DNA of 64,000 nt from a virus (Duplodnaviria; Caudoviricetes), in IMG/VR virus record IMGVR_UViG_3300028048_000056, positions 64,001-128,000 of that record; one strand, written 5' to 3'. Of this stretch, positions 59,316 through 64,000 are shown piece after piece. The translations under genes were made by a program, and so were the position numbers. The notes below the pieces were generated by a model. That model saw nothing but the letters and a program-made list of their open reading frames with translations, was not told where the DNA came from and made no database searches. How positions within the stretch are numbered: the first letter of the stretch is position 1; every line of letters starts with the position of its first letter.

Positions 59316-60085
59316 TGGATTATATCGGACAGGAAAAGTTGATTGAAAGTTTATCTTCTACGAATGCTCGTGCAATGCTTATCCAAGGTCCTGCTCATTC
59401 TGGTAAGAAAACTCTTATCAGAAAGTTATATAAGGACCTTGGGTTGTATGTCTATGAGGTTTCAGGTACAGTATCAGATTTTCGAGAGACCTTAGAGTTT
59501 ATTAAAACTCAGACAAAACCGATTATGTATCTCATTCCTGATGTAGACAAACTACACTCAGGTATACAAAATCTTCTTTTGAAGATACTTGAAGAGCCAC
59601 CAATGCGTGCTAGATTCTGTCTAACCGCAAGTAATTCAATTTTACCTACGATTAAATCTAGATGCGTGTGCTATATCATGGAGCCGTACACACCTGAGCA
59701 GATACAAGCCCTTCTTTGTGACTCAGAGAGGTTTGTGGTTCAGAAATATATAGGTGTAATTAGTCACGCGGTGACCACCCCAGGTCAACTCTATCTTCTG
59801 GTAGGCTGGGGAAATTACGACATTCTGTCAGGTATGATTGACCAGATGTTGGATATTCAGTCGTCTATAACTCAACCACTGGCTGTGGTTTTGAATAAGG
59901 CGAACATACTCAGCAAGTTTATGAAAGAAAATAATGTCGACTTCTACGTGTTCTATCTGTTGGCGAGAGGTATGCACTCAGATACAGTTAGCTATACTAT
60001 ACTGACACAGAACTTGCATGAACTTGACCGATATATCATGTGCTATTTCTATGCAGAATTGTGGAAGGAGGTTGCGTGTAAATGA
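59315..60085 (+). CDS. holB: Clamp loader delta' subunit-like
   Basis: YIGQ, GPAHSGKK, QNLLLKILEEPP, ILPTIKSRC. Confidence 0.75.
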   Translation: MDYIGQEKLIESLSSTNARAMLIQGPAHSGKKTLIRKLYKDLGLYVYEVSGTVSDFRETLEFIKTQTKPIMYLIPDVDKLHSGIQNLLLKILEEPPMRARFCLTASNSILPTIKSRCVCYIMEPYTPEQIQALLCDSERFVVQKYIGVISHAVTTPGQLYLLVGWGNYDILSGMIDQMLDIQSSITQPLAVVLNKANILSKFMKENNVDFYVFYLLARGMHSDTVSYTILTQNLHELDRYIMCYFYAELWKEVACK

Positions 60086-61026
60086 CCATAACTGAATTTA
60101 GGGAGCGGATGAAGACGCCTCCTGATTATTTTATTATCATGGCAAATGACCATGATTTGAGAACCTTATATCTGAAACAGTTCTGTAAGGCGCATAACTG
60201 CGAACCTAAGTTCGTAGATACAATCGATTGGAAATCCAAAGGACGTATGATTACCACAAATCAGGTGCTGGTGCTCACAGACGACCTGGATGTTATCAGT
60301 GCACCTAAGCCTGAGTATAAGCAGTCCGGACGAAAGATTGTGTTTCTGTACACATCAATCAAGAAGATTTCGGAGTCCACTCTTGAGTTCTTTGGAGGCA
60401 ATGCACTCACTATCGAGGACTTAACCTGGGCACAGGCTTCGAACATTCTGACAAAGAAAAAGCTGAGTCCGTCAATAATCGAGCACATGAAGAATAATGT
60501 CGACACACCTGGTAATATGCGTCTGTTCGGCTTACAGATTCTTGACCTCGCAGCTTCACTGGGCATGTCAGATACTGATGTATTCAAGATATACTTCAAA
60601 CCATGGATGCAGTCTGAAATTAGTGAAGAACCTGGTCCTTTCTGTGACGCCCTTCTAGACGGTGATTTTACATTTATCTTTACCTATCTAGAAGCTCAGC
60701 GTGGTAATGAATTTTTCGTATATGCTTCTATCTTTAGATGGTTGGAGCAGATAATGCGTTTCGTATCCTGCGGTAATGACTATTGGAATAAAGGTGGTTT
60801 GGTTAAAGCTGTATACACCAATTTTCAAGGTCGAGGTCTGCAGAATGTTCCCTGGGTTGAGTGGATTTACCTATATAAGGTAGGGTTGAAATTCAGAAAA
60901 CAGATTAAGGTGAGTGAACGTGATGCACTGACCGGACTGGAGGTGTATGTATGTATCATTTTACGAACCCTTCTGGACAACCGAATAATAATACCGGATA
61001 CTGCAAATACTGCGGGCGCCCACTGA
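60082..61026 (+). CDS. Putative clamp loader delta subunit-like
   Basis: Size, degenerate AAA+ layout and position after gamma and delta'; no diagnostic motif. Confidence 0.5.
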   Translation: MTITEFRERMKTPPDYFIIMANDHDLRTLYLKQFCKAHNCEPKFVDTIDWKSKGRMITTNQVLVLTDDLDVISAPKPEYKQSGRKIVFLYTSIKKISESTLEFFGGNALTIEDLTWAQASNILTKKKLSPSIIEHMKNNVDTPGNMRLFGLQILDLAASLGMSDTDVFKIYFKPWMQSEISEEPGPFCDALLDGDFTFIFTYLEAQRGNEFFVYASIFRWLEQIMRFVSCGNDYWNKGGLVKAVYTNFQGRGLQNVPWVEWIYLYKVGLKFRKQIKVSERDALTGLEVYVCIILRTLLDNRIIIPDTANTAGAH

Positions 61027-61166
61027 AGAATCACGGTTCTATTAATCAAGATGCCGGTGATGTGTGCTTGGCAAAGCATCGTCGTACTCGTGTGCGGAGA
61101 ATAGGAGAAAAGGTAGGTGTGCAGAATGGACCTGACAAACCAGAGTCAGATACAAATTCAGAATAA
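60951..61166 (+). CDS. Small zinc-finger protein (DUF6011-like)
   Basis: CKYCGRPLKNHGSINQDAGDVC; RBS GGAGGTG. Confidence 0.6.
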   Translation: MYHFTNPSGQPNNNTGYCKYCGRPLKNHGSINQDAGDVCLAKHRRTRVRRIGEKVGVQNGPDKPESDTNSE

Positions 61167-62100
61167 GATATTTACATTAGGTAGTCCGGTAACACACGCT
61201 GACACGTTAGACCAGCTTTTGTATGCGTTTCAGCAAATGGGTGTTACTGAAAGACCGATTGTTATCATAAATCCGGTGGGTGACGCTATTCCTGACCTCG
61301 CTAATCTTCTCGAGAATTACATCGAGAATGCTATGCAGGGTTCATACTCAGCTCCTCGTACCACCTATCTGTTTCAGGATTATACCGATGAGCAGATTAC
61401 CGAGTGGGCAAATTCTCAGTATAAGGCAGGCGGAGCATCGTTAGATTACTGGATTGAAACCGGTAAAGCTATCAGGGAGCAGAGTCATCTTAAGACTGAG
61501 CTGGATAGGGTAAATGCTCGTCGAGAAGAACTCTGGAAGCAGCATTGTCTTCGTCCAGAATCTAATGAAGGCTCAGACGAGTATGCAAATCTCACCTACA
61601 ATGTGGTGCCTCAGATTGAGGCAGCTATCAAGAATGTGACTGATGCAATGGGTAAGATTCCGAAGGACTTGAATAATGGGTCTGAACCAACTCAATCAGT
61701 ACCCGTTGAAAATCCTGTTGAGAGTGTTGAAAACCGTGTGGAATCACCTTCGGTAAGTGTTGAAAACCATGTTGAGAATGTTGATACTACATTAGAGATG
61801 TCTGGTACAGGAAAGCCTGACATCATGCTATGCAGCACTTCTCGTCTTATAATGCCGTTATCCATTGCAAAGCAGATTTCAGATAGTCCGGATAATCAGC
61901 TGTATAAGAAACAACAGCAGCAGGAGGTACCGGGATATGTCACCGTACCGATTGAATATCTAATTGCTCTAGGTATAAAGCTGTATCCCGACGGTGTACC
62001 GGTTGTATTTACTAAATCTGGTAAGTTCCGTCGTGTAGGGGTGTCACAGGTTAGTCCAATTGTGTCTTCGTATTGGTATCCTACACCTCGATACAAGTAA
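61126..62100 (+). CDS. Hypothetical protein containing a VEN-repeat segment
   Basis: ORF; VENPVESVENRVES..VENHVENVD. Confidence 0.65.
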   Translation: MDLTNQSQIQIQNKIFTLGSPVTHADTLDQLLYAFQQMGVTERPIVIINPVGDAIPDLANLLENYIENAMQGSYSAPRTTYLFQDYTDEQITEWANSQYKAGGASLDYWIETGKAIREQSHLKTELDRVNARREELWKQHCLRPESNEGSDEYANLTYNVVPQIEAAIKNVTDAMGKIPKDLNNGSEPTQSVPVENPVESVENRVESPSVSVENHVENVDTTLEMSGTGKPDIMLCSTSRLIMPLSIAKQISDSPDNQLYKKQQQQEVPGYVTVPIEYLIALGIKLYPDGVPVVFTKSGKFRRVGVSQVSPIVSSYWYPTPRYK

Positions 62101-62132
62101 CTTCGTAAACTATTATACCACTATTGTATAAT
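62100..62132 (+). promoter_or_regulatory. ACTTCG-N21-TATAAT promoter
   Basis: Motif family member. Confidence 0.7.
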
Positions 62133-62276
62133 TTTAATGTCACTTATAGTGACACAACGTGTGCGAGGTTTTGCTACGTGGTTGTGTTTTTAATAACTGT
62201 ATATGTTATAATGTGGAACCTGTAGCAGAACCTTAGCAAAACACACGCAAAATTGAGAGTAACAAGGGGTGCGTGT

Positions 62277-62699
62277 ATGAGAAATAATTTACCTCAACCG
62301 TACTGGTCACACGTTCTAAATAGATTTCCTAAAGAAAGCAATCTGCTAGCAGCGGCAGCTGGGTATCTTGAAATGAGAATTAAGAAGAATAAAGAGCTCA
62401 GTATCAATGAATGGGATGCTTGCCTAGACGAGGTTCTTAAGACATATGACATAGCTGACCCGACTAAACCAGCGTCTCGAGTTCGAAAGTTGTCTGTGAA
62501 GAACACTATCACTATTCCAGAAATAACTTACCTGTTTCTAACTGCAACTGCTAGGAAATGGAATCATATTGTGTTCACGTCTGAACAAGATAAGATGTAC
62601 GCGAACATATCGTACTACCAGGACCCGTACTGGAATGAAATCAAAAATAATCCCAAGACATTAGCAATACTTAGAGAGGAGCTAGGTAATGATGAATAA
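62277..62699 (+). CDS. Hypothetical protein
   Basis: RBS AAGGGG; precedes DnaC-like gene. Confidence 0.6.
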   Translation: MRNNLPQPYWSHVLNRFPKESNLLAAAAGYLEMRIKKNKELSINEWDACLDEVLKTYDIADPTKPASRVRKLSVKNTITIPEITYLFLTATARKWNHIVFTSEQDKMYANISYYQDPYWNEIKNNPKTLAILREELGNDE

Positions 62700-63234
62700 T
62701 CAGATAGATATTCTTCCGACACTTATTCGCAAGGCAGGGCTTCCTGAGAAGCTGACTGAATATCCGAATGAGGATTACATCAGACCAGCTATTAAGCAGG
62801 TGTGTCAGAACATTGCAACCTTTGACGGTGTGATTTTACTGAACGGCTTGAAGCGAGGGAAGACAACGAATGCCGCTATGATACTTATGTCGTATCTTAA
62901 TTCTCGTAGATATATCATGGATACCCAGAATGTAGGTCTGTATATATCAGTAAATCAGCTCTGTTATCAGAACCGAACTCAGGATAGATTTAATCGTGAC
63001 AATGAGGTTCAGGCTATGGTGCGTCGAGCGGCGGCAGCAAGATGTCTGGTGCTCGATGGTTTGTTTTCTTACCTAACTCAGATAGATGACCTCATGCTTC
63101 AGTCTATCTATGATGCTAGACAGAATAAGTCCTGCATTACGGTAGTGACTACACCAATGACTGACCCTTTGAATTGTGCAGGTAGCATTATGTATAGAAT
63201 AGCAAGAGATGCAAAGATAAAGGAGGAATTCTGA
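62689..63234 (+). CDS. DnaC/IstB-like ATPase (helicase loader-like)
   Basis: ILLNGLKRGKT, CLVLDGL, SIYDARQNKSCITVVTT. Confidence 0.65.
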   Translation: MMNNQIDILPTLIRKAGLPEKLTEYPNEDYIRPAIKQVCQNIATFDGVILLNGLKRGKTTNAAMILMSYLNSRRYIMDTQNVGLYISVNQLCYQNRTQDRFNRDNEVQAMVRRAAAARCLVLDGLFSYLTQIDDLMLQSIYDARQNKSCITVVTTPMTDPLNCAGSIMYRIARDAKIKEEF

Positions 63235-64000
63235 TGGCATTAACTCTTAGCCAGGAAGTTGCTTTTAAGCGCATTATGTCCTGGTACAACAATCGTGAAA
63301 GTGAGGTATTTAAGCTCGGTGGTCCGGCTGGTAGTGGTAAGAGTTATCTTATCGCATTGGTTGCTGAGCAAATTGGCGTAGAAAATTGCCTGCTTATCAC
63401 ACCTACCGGCAAGGCAGCGAACAACCTGATTAAGGCATCACTGCCTGCTCGTACCATTCACTCGCAGATTTATCACGTTCAATCAGAGAGTTCTGAAGAT
63501 GGTGCGATTGATTTCGAAACGATGGGTGACAACGAGTTTAAGAATCTGGAGCTGATGCTTCAGCAGAGTCACGACCGTGGGTATGACTTTAGCGGTGAAG
63601 AGACTCGTTTCTGTCTTAAGGAAGAGCTGGATGCTAATGTGAAATGTATCATCATAGACGAAGGAAGTATGGTTGGCGGTAAACTCTTGAATGATGTGCT
63701 GTCATTCGGTATTCCGACTCTTCTGGTTGGCGACCCTAATCAGTTACCTCCTGTCAATGACACGACTGTATTCACCAAGTGCGATTATTATCTGACAGAA
63801 ATTGTCAGACAGGCTCAGGGTAGTCCGGTCATCTGGTTATCTCAGGAAGTTCTTCAGGGAAGGCTCAAGACAGGCGTATTCGGCTCATGTATGGTTCGAA
63901 AAGGACCTGTGTCTGACAGTGAGCTTTGCTATGCTGACATTATTCTGACAGATACAAACGTATCCAGAGGTAATCTGAATGACCGATTAAGGGCACTTGC
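63234..64000 (+). CDS. RecD/Dda-like SF1B helicase (partial, runs off the window)
   Basis: GGPAGSGKS, TPTGKAA, TIHS, IIDEGSM, LVGDPNQLPPV, LTEIVRQA. Confidence 0.9.
   Translation, partial: MALTLSQEVAFKRIMSWYNNRESEVFKLGGPAGSGKSYLIALVAEQIGVENCLLITPTGKAANNLIKASLPARTIHSQIYHVQSESSEDGAIDFETMGDNEFKNLELMLQQSHDRGYDFSGEETRFCLKEELDANVKCIIIDEGSMVGGKLLNDVLSFGIPTLLVGDPNQLPPVNDTTVFTKCDYYLTEIVRQAQGSPVIWLSQEVLQGRLKTGVFGSCMVRKGPVSDSELCYADIILTDTNVSRGNLNDRLRAL

Noticed and set aside
1-64000. Stop-codon reassignment (alternative genetic code)
   Set aside because: Long conserved genes are intact in code 11, and the terL break needs a frame change rather than readthrough.
1-64000. tRNA genes, integrase, diversity-generating retroelement
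   Set aside because: No cloverleaf/T-loop signature, recombinase or reverse transcriptase motifs recognised in this window.

Overview
A 64-kb segment of a large, T4-architecture myovirus genome. The host is probably a Bacillota (Clostridia-like) bacterium; this is inferred from strong AAGGAGG RBSs, RecU, SbcCD, HU and GH25/M23 lysins. 1-25.8 kb (+) is morphogenesis: acidic internal/scaffold-like proteins, terminase, portal, prohead protease, major capsid, neck, sheath, HU, tube. 26-52.2 kb (-) holds PolA, SbcCD, DUF932, endonuclease IV, two glycosyltransferase paralogs flanking a wall-hydrolase/tail-appendage cluster, a 5'-3' exonuclease and a SNF2 helicase. 52.9-64 kb (+) holds DpdA-like transglycosylase, SSB, beta-clamp, RecU, a gamma/delta'/delta clamp loader, a DnaC-like protein and a RecD-like helicase. 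Highlights: (1) TerL is fractured by a naturally split intein with a free-standing GIY-YIG gene between the halves, and its C-half needs a +1 shift at a prfB-like CTT-TGA-C. (2) A shared L-[N/D]-[S/C]-S motif marks the capsid propeptide and about 10 other proteins, and divides a 753-aa protein into modules, suggesting a protease-addressed capsid cargo/polyprotein system. (3) A dispersed 58-bp element GCTTAAATGC-N38-GCATTTAAGC has invariant spacing in five copies. (4) A 13-copy ACTTCG-N20/21-TATAAT promoter class drives the non-structural genes. All calls are from motif recognition by eye; no searches were run.
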